DNA of 64,000 bases from Chiloscyllium plagiosum (Eukaryota), in the NCBI RefSeq assembly GCF_004010195.1, contig NC_057717.1:101843060-101907059 (forward strand). The letters are read 5' to 3'. The notes below the pieces were generated by a model. It did no database searches. It had not been told where the DNA came from and worked only from the letters and a program-made list of their open reading frames with translations. Positions 1 to 12,440 of the stretch are shown here, piece by piece. The first letter of the stretch is position 1. Each line of letters opens with the position of its first letter. The position numbers were made by a program, and so were the translations under genes.

Positions 1-774
1 AATAACCCTGTCAAGCCACCTCAGAATCCTTTACATTTTAGTGTGATTAGCCTTCATTCTTCTAAGCTCTAAAGAACGAAATCCCGTTTAGCCGATCTTA
101 AGTCAACCTCTCCATCTCAGGAATAAACCGAACTAATCTCCAGTAGCAATACATCCGGTCTTAAATGCAGGAACCAAAACTATACACAGCACTCCTTGTG
201 CAGATTCACCAACCCAGTACAGTTGTAACAGGACTTCCCTATTTTTAAACTTCACCCCCTAGCAATGAAGGCCAAAATTCTATTTGCTTTCTTAATTACT
301 TGCTGCATATCAAAGAATCGAATCAAAGAATCATACGGTAGAGAAGAGGCTCTTCAGCCCATCAACTCTGTACTGCAAAAATATGCTACCACCTACATTG
401 GAACCACTCTTCCACACTAGACACAGTCTTGAATGTTATGAAACTTCAAGTATTCATTCATGTACTTTTCAAACACCAAAATTAGTACGGAAGCACAAAG
501 AACACCTCGGTCCATCCGTGCTACACTTTGTTCCTGGGAGTCTCTTCCTCCATTTTGAAAAAGTCTCCTGTTTCATTATCCCCGCTAATGTGCACAACTG
601 CACACTTTCCTACCTCAAAGACCATCTACCCAGTTTCTGTCCGTTCACCTGACCCATCTAAATCCCTTTACTCCTTTGTCCCCATAACAATATGGCCGCT
701 GACCTATTTTTGTATCGTCAGCAAAATCAGATACATTGCAATCAACCTATCCAAGTTATTATTATAGATAAACG

Positions 775-1185
775 GATATTTTTCCCTGGAGCACTGGAGG
801 CTGAGGGCCGACCTTTTAAAGGTTTATAAATTCATGAAGGGGTATGGATAGGGTGAAGAGATAAGATCTTTTTCCCTGGGGTGGCGGGAGTCCAGAACTA
901 GAGGGGATAGGTTTAAGGTGAGAGGGGAAAGATTTAAAAGGGGCCTCAGGGGCAACTCTTTCACATAGAGGGTGGTGAGTGTACGGAATGAGCTGCCAGA
1001 GGAAGTGGCGGAGGTTGATGCAATGATAACGTTTAAGGGGCATCTGGATGGGTATATGAATAGGAAGGGTTTAGAGGGATATGGGCCAAATGCTGGCAAA
1101 TGGGACTAGATAATTTAAAAGATATCTGGTCGGCATGGTCAGACGAGAGGGTTTGTTTCCGTGTTGTATAGCTCCATGACTCTAA
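775..1185 (+). mobile_element. CR1 LINE 3' fragment
   Basis: Typical shark CR1 3' end (ctggag...ggctgagggg..gacct..aggtttataaa..catga; agaactagaggg..taggtttaaggtgagagggg; tail ...ctccatgactcta). Boundaries approximate. Confidence 0.85.
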
Positions 1186-1312
1186 ATCAACTGAGGCCCT
1201 AGGACTGATTGTTGTGGCACTATTAGCCTTGCCAACCTGAAAGAGACCAATTAATCCTAACTCTCTGCCTTCTGTGTGTTAACCACTCCTGAATCCACAC
1301 TAATACATTACA

Positions 1313-1592
1313 AGGTTTGTGAAGGTTAGTAGTTCAGGTTGAGGTTTAGGGTGTAGGTTTGATATCCAGACGTTTCATTACCTGACTAGGTGACATCATC
1401 AGTGGCGACCTCCAAGTGAAGCGAAGCTGTTTTCTTCTGCATTCAGAAGATCCAGGAGAAAGATATAAATAGAAAGCAGGAGACAACAGCTTCGCTTCAC
1501 TTGGAGGTCGCCACTGATGATGTTACCTAGCCAGGTAATGAAACGTCTGGATATCAAACCTACAGCTCAGCGAGCAAACCTACACCCTAAAC
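1313..1592. mobile_element. Palindromic Penelope-type non-autonomous element (family C) with two hammerhead-like motifs
   Basis: Left arm (ggtttagggtgtaggttt...gatatccagacgtttcattacct...catcatcagtggcgacctccaagtgaagcgaagctgt) is the reverse complement of the right arm (acagcttcgcttcacttggaggtcgccactgatgatg...aaacgtctggatatcaaacctaca...ctacaccctaaac). A related single arm is at ~30576-30700. Penelope assignment is inferred from the inverted structure and the hammerhead cores. Confidence 0.65.
1511..1550 (+). ncRNA. Minimal type I hammerhead-ribozyme-like motif
   Basis: CCA-CTGATGA-T-GTTACCT(AGCC)AGGTAAT-GAAA-C-GTC-TGG: stem I CCA/TGG, core CUGAUGA plus one extra nt, 7-bp stem II, GAAA, loop-less palindromic stem III (ACGT), GUC cleavage triplet. 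Mirror copy on the minus strand at 1366-1405. Confidence 0.65.
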
Positions 1593-2454
1593 TCATACAT
1601 TAACTCCAAGGGAAGATAATTCCACTTACGGAGGAGAACAGAATTAACAGCCTTAAATACTAGGCAATAATTAATAAATCCAATCGGGAATTCGGGAGAA
1701 ACATCTTATTGGTGACAATGTGGAACTCGTGATCGTGAGGATTATTGGAGGTGGATGTGTAAATGCACTAACAGGAAGTGGATAAACACACAAGGAGCAG
1801 ACAGATATGACAAAATGGACAGAAATGGGAGTAAACGCATGTGGAGCAGGTGAACCAGTTGGACTGAATGGCCCGTTTCTGAGCTGTAAGTACTTCATCT
1901 TTGCAAATTCCGCCCTAATTTCAGTGCGATTTTGGACTTCTGCAGTTTTAAAGGACTCCAACCCCGACATCAAAGAACAATCAAAGCTTCTTGGCCAACA
2001 CCCATGCCCATAAAAACAGAAGAATGTTCTCCTTTCACGTCCTTGTAAGGCTTCCAGGAGAGAACGATTAGTGAATCATACGTGGGTGGGAAGGTGAAAC
2101 AAAGAGTTACAGATCTCCAGCATTGCCTTCCGTTTCATCATCGGGTTATATCCATTTGAAAAAGGAGCTAAAGAGAAAAGCTCGGAAGCTTACTGCAATA
2201 ATCTTGGATGCTTCCTGAAACGTGGACAGATGGAAGGCTCCAGTTTGTGAATGCATCCAAGCCTGGCAATGTACTTGGCTAAAATCAGTCATGATCTGAT
2301 TGAATGGTAGAACAGGTTCTGGGAACAGGATGGCCTCCTTCCCCATTCTTACATAAACCCTAGTGTGTGCTAATCATGTTTTCAGTGGCAGAATGGTGGT
2401 CGGCATTTCTACAACAGCATTGAGTAGTCTAGAGACTGGAAAAGCGGAAAAAGG

Positions 2455-2700
2455 ATTTGAGCTATCGGGAGAGGCTGAACAGAATGGGGCTTTTTTCCCT
2501 GGAGCGTCGGAGGCTGAGGGGTGGACCTTATAGAGGTTTACAAAATTATAAGGGGCATAGATAGAGTAAGTAGACAAAGTCTTTTCCCTGGGGTCGGGGA
2601 GTCCAGAACTAGAGGGCATAGGTTTAGGGCGAGAGGGGAAAGAGCATGGAAGGGTTGGACTGAAGGGTCTGTTTCCATGCTGTACATCTCTATGACTACA
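2455..2700 (+). mobile_element. CR1 LINE 3' fragment (internally deleted)
   Basis: ORF 2521-2817 DLIEVYKIIRGIDRV...GESRTRGHRFR is the canonical CR1 ORF2 C-terminus; ends with tail ctctatgact. Confidence 0.85.
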
Positions 2701-3245
2701 ATCACAGTCGGACAACTGCTACATATGAAGCCGTTGGATGAGGCAAAGAGTGGGCAATATTTTCTAAGTCCTAAACATCCTGCTCAGAATCACTTTGTGG
2801 ACCCACAGGAACAATGATGTATTGAATGGGGCCCTGGATGACACACGTCATTTACAGCCATTCCCCAATGTCCACTGGCCAATATTGCTGACTTCCAATT
2901 GAGGCTTTCACTCTTGGGCTCATGGCACAGTCGTAGTGCACCTACCTCTGAACCAAGAGGCCAGTACCACTTGCTTCGAAGATATGCTGGACAGCTTGAT
3001 TCATGAATTTAATAATAAAAAAAAAAGAGTTGAGGAACCGAAATAACAAACTAAATCCTGCAAATGTCATCTGCATGTTGCGTCATGGCCAGAAGTCAAG
3101 AAGAAAATTCCCAAAGAAAAAGCTAGTCTTTGTGCATTTAAATTTGGTCCCTTCGAAAAACTGACATTTTCCTGGGCTCAGAAAATGGCCAAGGCCAATC
3201 ATATTTCCAACAGCATCTGAACCCCTATATTTTACAGACATTAAT

Positions 3246-3550
3246 GGCAGCATGGTGGCTCAGTGGTTAGTACTGCTGTCTCACAGTGCCAGGGACCCGG
3301 GTTCGATTCTAGCCTCGGGCGACTGTGTGTGTGGAGTTTGCACGGGTTTCCTTTGGGTGCTCCAGTTTTCTCCCACAATCCAAAGATAGGCGAATTGGCC
3401 ATGCTAAATTGCCCATAGCATTCAGGGATGTGTAGGTTAGGTGCATTAGTCTGGAGTAAATGTAGAGTAGTAGGGTAATGGGTGTCGGTGTGGTCTTGTT
3501 GGGCCGAAGGGCGTGTTTCCATACTGTAGGGATTCTATGAATTTCTATGA
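3246..3550 (+). mobile_element. HE1-type tRNA-derived (V-)SINE
   Basis: ggcagcatggtggctcagtggttag (A box)...gggttcgattc (B box)...gtggagtttgcac...attggccatgctaaattgccc; tail gggattctatga. Confidence 0.85.
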
Positions 3551-4609
3551 AAGCTGAAAGGACTTAGAGGTGAGCTATCTGCTTCCAGCCAGCTTGAGAC
3601 AAAGGAAAACATCAAGACCAACGATGTTAAAATGAGCACTAATGCTTTAAATGAACTCGTCACCTTGCATTGCAGATTGTAATGGGGGGGGCCTGTTGGC
3701 TTTATGACCTTCCAAGTAACTCACTGAGATGGACCATCTGCACCTGAAATGCCTGTCCTTGTCACATGACTGAAATCAGAGCTGGTTGAATCTGGGATTC
3801 TAAGTCAGTTGTGGCTTGACCTCGAGAAAGAGAGACTGAGACAGACAGACAGACAGGACTCCAGGCTGAGTTGGCCTCCTGCCTCGGACTCTATCTCTAC
3901 CTATAAGTTGCTGGCTGGAAAGAAACTCATATTTGGCTGCAAGGAGGAAGCCGATCACTGAGGAATTTACTGAAGTCGCAGCTCATGTGGACGGATCTGT
4001 AAAACCTCTGAATTAACCAAACGCTTTAATTTATAAAATATCTCCTGTCCTGCTTCTCCCCCCGTAATTTCCTGAGAATGGAGTAACAAAGCAACTCCCC
4101 TAGTGCTTTGTAAATTTTGCTAATAATTAATTTTGTTAAATTTGTCGATTTCACCTTGAAAAGGGTTTCTGCCGTATGTTTATTTCAGAAATTGGAATGC
4201 AAAAACTAAGTTTTCAGGAACACTCTTTGGCCTATCTTAGTCAGTGAAAAGAATAAATAAATCAAATAATACATCACTGTTTTAGGATTAAGAGGGGCAA
4301 AGCAGTCATAATTTAAATTCACCCCATTTTCCCTATGTCTAGGCACTTTCTTCAGAACTGTTGGGACTCATACTGGACTCAAAACATTAACTGTTTTTCT
4401 CTCAGCAGATGGTGACTGATGTGATTTTCCAGTGCTTCCTGCACTTAAGACATTAAAAGGAGCATCAAGCTAGTGGTAGCCCAGGACAGACTCTCCCTGT
4501 GAGAAACCTAGGTTCTGCACTTGTCCTCAACCTATGTGTCAGTCTTGCCCCATGGCAGCGTCCTCACCTCCAAACCTACCGCACATAATCTAGGCTGATA
4601 CTCTTCCAA

Positions 4610-4860
4610 TGCTATGCTATGGTAGTGTAATGCTGCAAGAAGTGTGATCTTTCAGGCGAGTTATTAAACTGAAGTCCACTTAACTTGCAACAAAGCTCAG
4701 AGGTCCTCTGCAGTTCGCCCAGGGCATCTGCCATCATTCATCCCTCAAACACCACCAAAACAAGATTATCCAATTATTTACAACATCTCACTGTTGCTAG
4801 TGGGATCTTGCTGTGTTCAGACCGTAGGATGAGTACTTGCCTGTGACATTACTTTCAGGG
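4610..4860 (+). mobile_element. Degenerate DeuSINE/SacSINE-like element
   Basis: ctttcaggcgagttattaaactga...catccctcaa..cacc..aaacaagattatc...gtgggatcttgctgtg resembles the Deu domain. Related fragments at ~6280-6480, 27880-28110, 39780-39960, 44500-44800 and 54935-55250. Confidence 0.55.
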
Positions 4861-4865
4861 CAGTT

Positions 4866-5245
4866 ATAGAGTCATACAGATGTACAGCACAGAAACAGAC
4901 CCTTCAGACAAACTCGTCCATGCCGACTAGCTATCCTAAATTAATCCCATCCCATTTGCCAGCACCCGGCCCATATCTCTCTAAACCCTTTCTATTCATA
5001 TACCCATCCAGATGCCTTTTAAATGTTTAATTGTATTAGCCTCCACCACTTCCTCTGGCAGTTCATTCCATACGCGTACCACCCTCTGCATGCAATCACT
5101 GCCCCTTAGGTTCCTTTTATATCTTTCCCTTCTCACCCTAAACCTATACCCTCTCGCCCTGGACTCCCCAATCCTAGGGGAAAAAAAACTTTTCTATTTA
5201 TGTCCCTCATGATTTTATAAATAGCCCTAGCCTATTCAACCTCCA
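4866..5245 (-). mobile_element. CR1 LINE 3' fragment
   Basis: Reverse complement of the CR1 3' end seen at 775-1185. Confidence 0.85.
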
Positions 5246-5956
5246 ATCGAGTCATTCCAAAGACATTAAGCTTGCTATATAAATGAACATTCTTTCTTTT
5301 GCATATTTTTCACAGTAAATTTATTAAAACACTGGACTCCACATTTAATGGACTCAAAAATCTCAAAACTGCTTACAACGGAGAAAATGAGGACTGCAGA
5401 TCCTGGAGATTAGAGTCAACAATGTGGCACTGGAAAAGCACAGGTCAGGCAGCATCCAAAGAGCAGGAGAATCGATGTTTCGGGCCTAAACTCTCCAGGA
5501 GGCCCAAAATGTCGATTCTCCTGCACTTCGGATGCTGCCTGACACTCTCAACTCTTACACTGAACAATACCGGGCACAAAATCATATAAAGTAAGACTAC
5601 AGAAAATTAATCGTTTATGAGAAGTGCCCAACACATCAGCAAAAACATCTTTCTTAAGTTTTTTAATCATTTACGTTCACATGGAGTTAGCTGCAAGACC
5701 CCAGTTGACACTTCAAGCCTGGTCTGCCAGATGAAATCTGATCTGCATCACAACTCAATTGACTCATCCTTGCTGTGAAGCAATTGGTACCCTCATCAAC
5801 AAAAGACCTGCTGATCTCAGTCTCAGAAAGCAGACTTTTGAAATTGATCCATTGATAAGAGGGTCTGTGAAACTCAACAAAGGCACTCTTTTGATTCAAG
5901 GCCCCTCACCAATCTGTTACCAAAATCATTTAGTTTCTCAAGCTGCTGGAAAAGCT

Positions 5957-6316
5957 CTGACGCTCCAGGGAAAACAGCCCCAACCCATTCAACCTCTCCT
6001 TGTAGCTCAAATCCTCCAACCCTGGCAACATACTTGTAAATCTTTTCTGAACCTTTTCAAGTTTCACAACATCTTTCCGATAGGAAGGAGACCAGAATTG
6101 CACACTATATTCCAACAGTGGTTATCATTCAATTTCTTTTTGTTTATATGCTTGCATTTGTGTTTTTCATCTTTTTAACCAATCTCTGCACCGACTCCAG
6201 CCTGCCCTCCCTCTCCTTTCCTGAACACGCTGACTCCGAGGTGCTCTATTCTAGTCTCCAGTGTTTTATCAGTGTGATTATTCTGCCTGGTCAACCTTCA
6301 TCCTCAACCAACATCA
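5957..6316 (-). repeat. Left arm of ~360-bp inverted local duplication (partner 8170-8530)
   Basis: ORFs 6118(+) and 8370(-) translate almost identically; the arm contains a CR1 piece, ~170 bp of non-CR1 sequence and the start of a DeuSINE. Confidence 0.85.
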
Positions 6317-6954
6317 CGAGAGTAAACAATCCGGCCATAACCGTAGTACTGTACGTGGGAGGTTATGGTGTGCAGATTGACTGCCGTGTTTCCTATGTCG
6401 TAACAGCGACTCCACTCCTAAAGTACTTCCTCTGCTGTGAAGCAGCCATGGTTATAAATGGCGCTACATCAATGCAAGTTGTTTCCGACAGTTTGTAGAT
6501 TCCCCACCCATACAGGTCATCCCCGAATCACACCCAACCTACTAGATTTCAGGGTGTTATATAACAAGGAGAGAAAGCTCCCAGTCAGGTTTCCCCTCCC
6601 TAACTCACAGCACACAATTCTATTGAGACAAAAAGATGTGAAACTTAACAAACAAGATCACTGAGGAATATACTGTTGTCCAATGATCTGAAGAAGTCAC
6701 AGCTCATGTGGATGAATCTGTAAAACCTCTGATTAACCAAATGCTTTAATTTATAAACCTATCTCTTGTCCTGCTCCTCCACCCCCCCCATTCCCCCAAT
6801 TTCCTGTGAATGGAATAACAAAGCAACTCCCCAGGGGCATGGATAAATAGACAAGGTCTTTCCCCTGTGGTCGGGGAGTCTAGAACTAGAGGGCATAGAT
6901 TTAGGGCGAGAGGGGAAAGATATAAAAGAGACCTAATGGACAATTTTTTCATTA

Positions 6955-7130
6955 CATCATCACACTGTAAACTTTTGCTATAAATTCTGTGCCTTACAAT
7001 CTTATTCTCCATAACCACCTGATGAAGGAGCAGTGCTCCGAAATCTAGTGCTTCCAAATAAACCTGTTGGACTATAACCTGGTGTTGTGTGATTTGTACA
7101 TCCCAGTCCAACACCGGCACCTCCACATCA
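6955..7130 (+). mobile_element. Penelope-type short element (family A) with hammerhead-like core
   Basis: accac-CTGATGA-A-GGAGC(AGT)GCTCC-GAAA-tcta-gtg followed by aaacctgttggactataacctggtgttgtg. Related copies at 7540-7720 (palindromic), 9930-10025, 16730-16805 and 19195-19385 (palindromic). Confidence 0.65.
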
Positions 7131-8369
7131 TTATTAAACCAGATGGACTTTAGTACAATAAACAATGGTTTCACATTGTTTGCCTTTTAAAACAAAATTG
7201 AATTCAAATTCTGCTATGTGCCATGGGATTTGAACATAGGAATTACACAAAATCAGAGGGATTAAGAGCGGGAGTAGGGAATTCCGCCCTACAAGTCTGC
7301 TCTGCCATTTAACATGATCATGACTGACCTTATCCTGGTCTCACCTCTACTCTCCTACCTGCCCTCCATAGATCTTAATACAGCTTGTCATCAGCAACAT
7401 TATCTATTCTTTTCTTGAATGTGTTGATTGATTCTGTCTCCATTTTGGAGCAGCGAGTTCCACAGATTCACCACCCTCTGAAAGAAGTAATTTCTCCCCA
7501 GCTCAGTTTTGAACCCACCTCCTCCCACTCTATATCTACACCATGGTTTGGAGGAGCCGGTGTTGGACTGGGGTGTCCAAAGTTAAAAAGAAAAATCACA
7601 CAACACCAGGTTATAGTGCAACAGGTTTATTTGGAAGCAATTGCTTTGAGCAGCGCTCCGAAAGCTAGTGCTTCCAAATAAACCTGTTGCACTATAACCT
7701 GGTGTTGTGTGATTTTTTAACTATTGAGACAGGTCTGCTGTCACATCGGAAGAGTGTTCCACACCCACTGACAAATCAAAGCGAGAACATTCCTGGGCCT
7801 CAGTCACTGGCTTTTGCCCTCAATGTCAATTTTCCTGCTCCTCAGATGTGGCCTGACCTGCTGTGCTTTTCCAGCCCCACTCTGATCTAAACACTTCAAA
7901 TTATATGAATAAAACAGGTGTTTCTCTATTTCCAGTTATTCTGGTTCAGCACCACAGTCGCCAGGATGTTTAACTGAGAGAGAAGGAATAGAGGGATACG
8001 GGTACTAGGGAGAGGGGAAACTCACATGGACTATAAAGATTAATGTGGACCATTTGAATCTTCAAGGCTTATTTATTCTTCTTTAAGTTATCCTGTGGAC
8101 TTTCTCAAGGGAACTCAAACACCTTTCCCAATCCTATGTACAAGAACACACATTCAGATTGTCTGTTTTAGTGATGTTGGTTGAGGATGAAGATTGACCA
8201 GGCAGAATAATCACACTGATAAAACACTGGAGACTAGAATAGAGCACCCCGGAGTCAGTGCGTTCAGGAGAGGAGAGGGAGGGCAGGCTGGAGTCGGTGC
8301 AGAGATTGGTTAAAAAGATGAAAAACACAAATGCAAACATATAACCAAAAAGAAATTGATTGAAAACCA

Positions 8370-8920
8370 CTGTTGGAATATAGTGTGCAATTCTGGTCTC
8401 CTTCCTATCGGAAAGATGTTGTGAAGTTTGAAAAGGTTCAAAAAAGATTTACAAGGATGTTGCCAGGGTTGGAGGATTTGAGCTACAGGGAGAGGCTGAA
8501 TAGGCTGGAGCTGTTTTCCCTGGAGCGTCGGATGCTGAGGAATGACCTTACAGAGGTTTATAAAATCATGAGGGGCATAGATAGGGTAAATAGACAAGGG
8601 TTTTTCCCCCTGGGGCGGGGGAGTCCATAACTAGAGGGCACAGGTTTAGGGTGAGAGGGGAAAGATATGAGAGCGACCTAAGGGGCAATTCTTTCATGCA
8701 GATGGTTGCTCGTGTATAAAATGAGCTGCCAGAGGAAGTGGTGGAGGCTAGTACAATTACAACATGTAAAAGGCATCTGGATGGGGATACGAATAGGAAG
8801 CGTTTGGAGGGATATGGGCCAGGTGCTGGCAGGTGGGACTAGATTGGGTTGGGATTTCTGGTTGGCCTAGACGAGTTGGACCAAAGGGTCTGTTTCTGTG
8901 CTATACAGCTCTCTAACTCT
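8370..8920 (+). mobile_element. CR1 LINE 3' fragment
   Basis: ORF 8373-8630 LEYSVQFWSPSYRKDVVKFEKVQKRFTRMLPGLEDLSYRERLNRLELFSLERR is canonical CR1 ORF2. Confidence 0.9.
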
Positions 8921-10199
8921 ATTTACCTGACTTCAGTGATAACCATCACAGGCGGAAATTTGTGGCCATCATCACTCCCGCCCCTTCCCCCACAACACTC
9001 ATTAATCCTTTCTCTTTACAACTGTTCCTCATCTTGTTGTGACAACATGTATTGTGAGGCAACGGGTAACGGGGCAGGCCCACAGGTAGTTACTCAGCCA
9101 CTGGCAAAAGATGGGAAGTAGCATTCCGTAAGGATTGATCCTCGGAACAGCGATTACGATTCTGGTACGCAATTTCAAAATTTGCAGGTGTAACCGAAAT
9201 TGAAGGGAATAGTTAATGTGGAGGACTACAAGATAACACAAACACATTCACAAACTTGCAGAATGTGCCTGTAATGGCAAATACATTCTAACATGATGCA
9301 AGATTAAACACTTTGGTAGGAAGAATAAGCATTTAAATAGGAAACGGAAGGATCTCGGGCTGTAGAGAAAGAAGTCACTAAAGTTAGAAACAGGTTGAAT
9401 TGAAAGCAGAGTATTGCATTAAAGTTGAGTTAGACAAACTCAGGATTGCGAACTGTCCTGGTCCTCAGATTATAAATAGGATACAGGGACACTGGATATA
9501 TGCAAAAAATGGTCACAACAATTGAGAGTCTGTCAGGAAAGAGTGAACGGTTCATTTATCTGTAAAACAGACAATGGAGGGGCAAGTGTCAAAATGACAA
9601 ATCGGCTTTGATAGGATTGACAAAGAGTGGATATTTCCCCTTGCTGGGCAGACCAGATCTAAATGAGATCATCACTAATAATGGGAATTCAGGTAAAACG
9701 TCTTTACACAGAGTAGTGAGAAAATGGAACTCCCTCTCACAGGAAGTAGTTGGGAGAAATAACATTTGAAGAGAAACTAGAAAAACCACATGGAGGAGAC
9801 AAGAACATTCGGCGTAACTGATAGGGTGGGATCAAAAGGGTGGGAGGAACTCACATGGAGCAGAAATACCAACATTGAACAGTTAGTGCTTGTATGTGGT
9901 AAAACCTGGATTACTCTGAGCACTGGACAAACCACCTGATGAAGGAGCGTCACTCCGAAAGCGAGTGTGCTTCCAATTAAACCTGTTGGACTATAACCTG
10001 GTGTCGTGTGATTTTTAATTTTGGACAAATAACATTTGTGTCACACAAGTTCCTGGCAACTATTACCTAAAACAGTGGTTCAAAGCAACCCACCATTATT
10101 TCCAATGAGGGATGGACAATTCATACATCCATATCCCATGGAACAAATGATCAAAGAGATAACTGACCATCTCCCCTTGACACCCAATGATATTACCAT

Positions 10200-11180
10200 C
10201 ACTTATTCCGGACTAATCAACAACCTCAGAATCATTATGGACCTGAAACAGAACTGGACCATTAATTTAAATACTGCAGCAAGAGCAGGTCAGAGACTAG
10301 AAACTGTGTGAAGAGTCTCCTGATTCCTCTCTCCTCAGAGCTGATGAGGCACAAGTCAGGAGTGTGATGGAACACTCCCAACATACCTGGATGGGTGCTG
10401 CTTCAACAACACTCGTGAAGCTCAACACCATCCAGGACAAGGCAAAACAATGATTGCAGATGCTGGAAACCAGTTTCTAGATTAGAGTGGTGCTGGAAAA
10501 GCACAGCAGTTCAGGCAGCATCTGACGTTTCGGGCAAAAGCCCTTCATCAGGAATAGAGGCAGAGTGCCTGCAGGGTGGAGAGATAACTGAGAGGAGGGT
10601 CGGGGTGGGGAGAAAGTAGCATAGAGTACAATAGGTGAGTGGGGGTGGGGATGGAGGTGATAGGTCAGAGAGGAGGGTGGAGTGGATAGGTGGAAAGGAA
10701 GATTGGCCGGTAGGACCGGTCATGTCCCCGTGGATGCTGCCTGAACTGCTGTGCTTTTCCAGCACCACTCTAAATCTACCATCCAGGACAAAGCAGCCCA
10801 CCTAATTGGCACCGCACCCACAGAATCCCAACCCTCCACCACTGACACTCAGCAGCAGCATGTACCATTTACAAGATGCATGGCAGAAATTTACCAAGGC
10901 TCCCTCGACAGAACAATCTCAAGCATAATCCCCACTCCCTCGAAGGACAATTGCAGTAAATTAACAGGAACACCAGCACCAGTTCTTCTCCAAGTCACAG
11001 ACTACCCTGACTTGGAACTATAATTGCTGCTCTGTCACTGTTACTGGGTTAAAGTCCTGAAACATCACCCCAAACAGTAGTAAAAGGTACACCTAACACC
11101 ACATGGATTGTAGCTGTTCAAGCTTGCCTCCACCAACTTCAGGCCTATTAGGGATAGGCTGGTCATGCCAGCAATGCTTC
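10200..11180 (+). mobile_element. Degenerate LINE 3' fragment (CR1/L2-type) interrupted by a Penelope-type element
   Basis: caagagcaggtcagag, ggcacaagtcaggagtgtgatggaa, caccatccaggacaaagcagccc motifs. Same family at ~42290-43000. Confidence 0.6.
10441..10777. mobile_element. Penelope-type element (family B) with 14-bp target-site duplication
   Basis: Flanked by accatccaggacaa at 10427-10440 and 10778-10791; inverted termini (gagtggtgctggaaaagcacagcag / ctgctgtgcttttccagcaccactc); minus-strand hammerhead-like core at 10524-10551. Confidence 0.75.
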
Positions 11181-12416
11181 ATAAACAAGTAAAAGGAAGT
11201 TGGGCCAAATGGCCTGTATCATGCCCCAAATACAATGTACTACCTACAAATACCTACTGAAATTGTAGCCCACTTGTCTTGTTCATCTGTCTGAAGACAT
11301 TGCCAACACACAGAGACATGATTAACCTCCTTAAAGTCTGACGTACAGATATTTGACAACAACAAGACTAGTACAAATGCCAGTGAATTCCTCTGCTGAG
11401 GATTTGGTCCTGCGATTTCTCAAGTGAGGCTCTGGGGAAAAGAGCTGCCTCGTCAGATTAAACGAGCTTGTACAGGCAACGACGGGCCGAAAGGGCTCCC
11501 TTTGTGCTGTGATTGTAAGAAAGCAACTGCATGGATCTGCGGTTCAGCGGATACACCCGAAAAACTGAGCTCCCAAAACCCCCAAACACGCTCAGTTAAA
11601 AGCCTTGATAAATGGCTCTGAATAAAAACAGGGCTGGTCAAGGTGAATCTCAATAAAGATTCATCTGTCAGCGAAAAGGTAACGCAGCTCCAGTGAACAG
11701 GCTCTCGGTTTCCTCACAAAAGGTCTGCAGGAGAGACTGGGCAAGGGTAGAATCGCAAGGACTAAGGTTCCCCAGACAGAGGCGTCGAAATCTCGCATAT
11801 GTACAGCCCCCATTCAAACCAGTGAACTGGGAAGCGCTAGTCTATCACAGAGGGGGCTTTAAAATAAAAGCCAAGTCGTTTCTTTTTGTTTAAGTGAAAA
11901 AGAAATTGCAAAATGCGACTGTGGTTTCCTCACGTTGGTTAACAGCAAACACAACTGGACTGGGCAGGAGGGTGGCGAGAGGATCGAGGAGCATTCCCCC
12001 CCCCCAAAAAAAAACATGCACTTGGGGGAAGTTGGGAACTCGATCACTCCCAACTTAAAAAAAGAGCTAAAATCTGAAACAACAGCACAGAGAGATAGAG
12101 ATAGATAGAGAGAGAGAGAGAGAGCGAGCCAACCCTTTCCATCCTAACGAGTAAAGACTAAAACACTCTCTCCTACAACAAACGCGCCAGCAGACATTAG
12201 AGAACAGGGAAGAAACAACTTTTGTCATTACAACTTTTAAAGAAGATAATTGGGACCCAATTGAAAAAAAAACTTTCCCAACTCGTTTCTGGATGGGAGT
12301 GAATTGTAAATGCTCCCTTTCTCAATCTTCCCAAATCCAATACACCTCCCCAAAAACCTCACCATCAACATCCCCAGGGTTTCTCATTATACATTTAAAA
12401 AAAAAGTAATACTCAC

Positions 12417-12440
12417 CCAAAGCTCCGAACCCCACTCCAT
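12417..12440 (-). CDS. TRIP10: First coding exon of an F-BAR/CIP4-family gene (MEWGSELW), most likely Cdc42-interacting protein 4
   Basis: Minus strand aaacatc ATG GAG TGG GGT TCG GAG CTT TGG|gtgagt: good Kozak context, 24-nt exon, canonical donor. Matches the M-[DS]-W-G-T-E-L-W start of TRIP10/FNBP1/FNBP1L. TRIP10 chosen from the acidic residue 2 and synteny with GPR108. No further exons found in the window. Confidence 0.75.

Noticed and set aside
3246-3320. tRNA gene (A and B boxes present)
   Set aside because: It is the tRNA-derived head of an HE1 SINE and continues into the SINE body and tail.
3678-4276. Possible solo ERV-like LTR (starts TGTAAT, AATAAA near the end)
   Set aside because: No TSD, PBS or PPT identified; not supportable without a repeat library search.
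6118-6498. Hydrophobic 126-aa ORF with a near-identical partner at 8134-8370, looking like a small duplicated gene
   Set aside because: Spans a CR1 junction and a DeuSINE, has no ATG start or splice support, and is explained by the inverted duplication.
1-12410. Search for TRIP10 exon 2 (DQF...HTQ.G...)
   Set aside because: No matching exon found by eye; presumably beyond the left edge, so no further CDS called.
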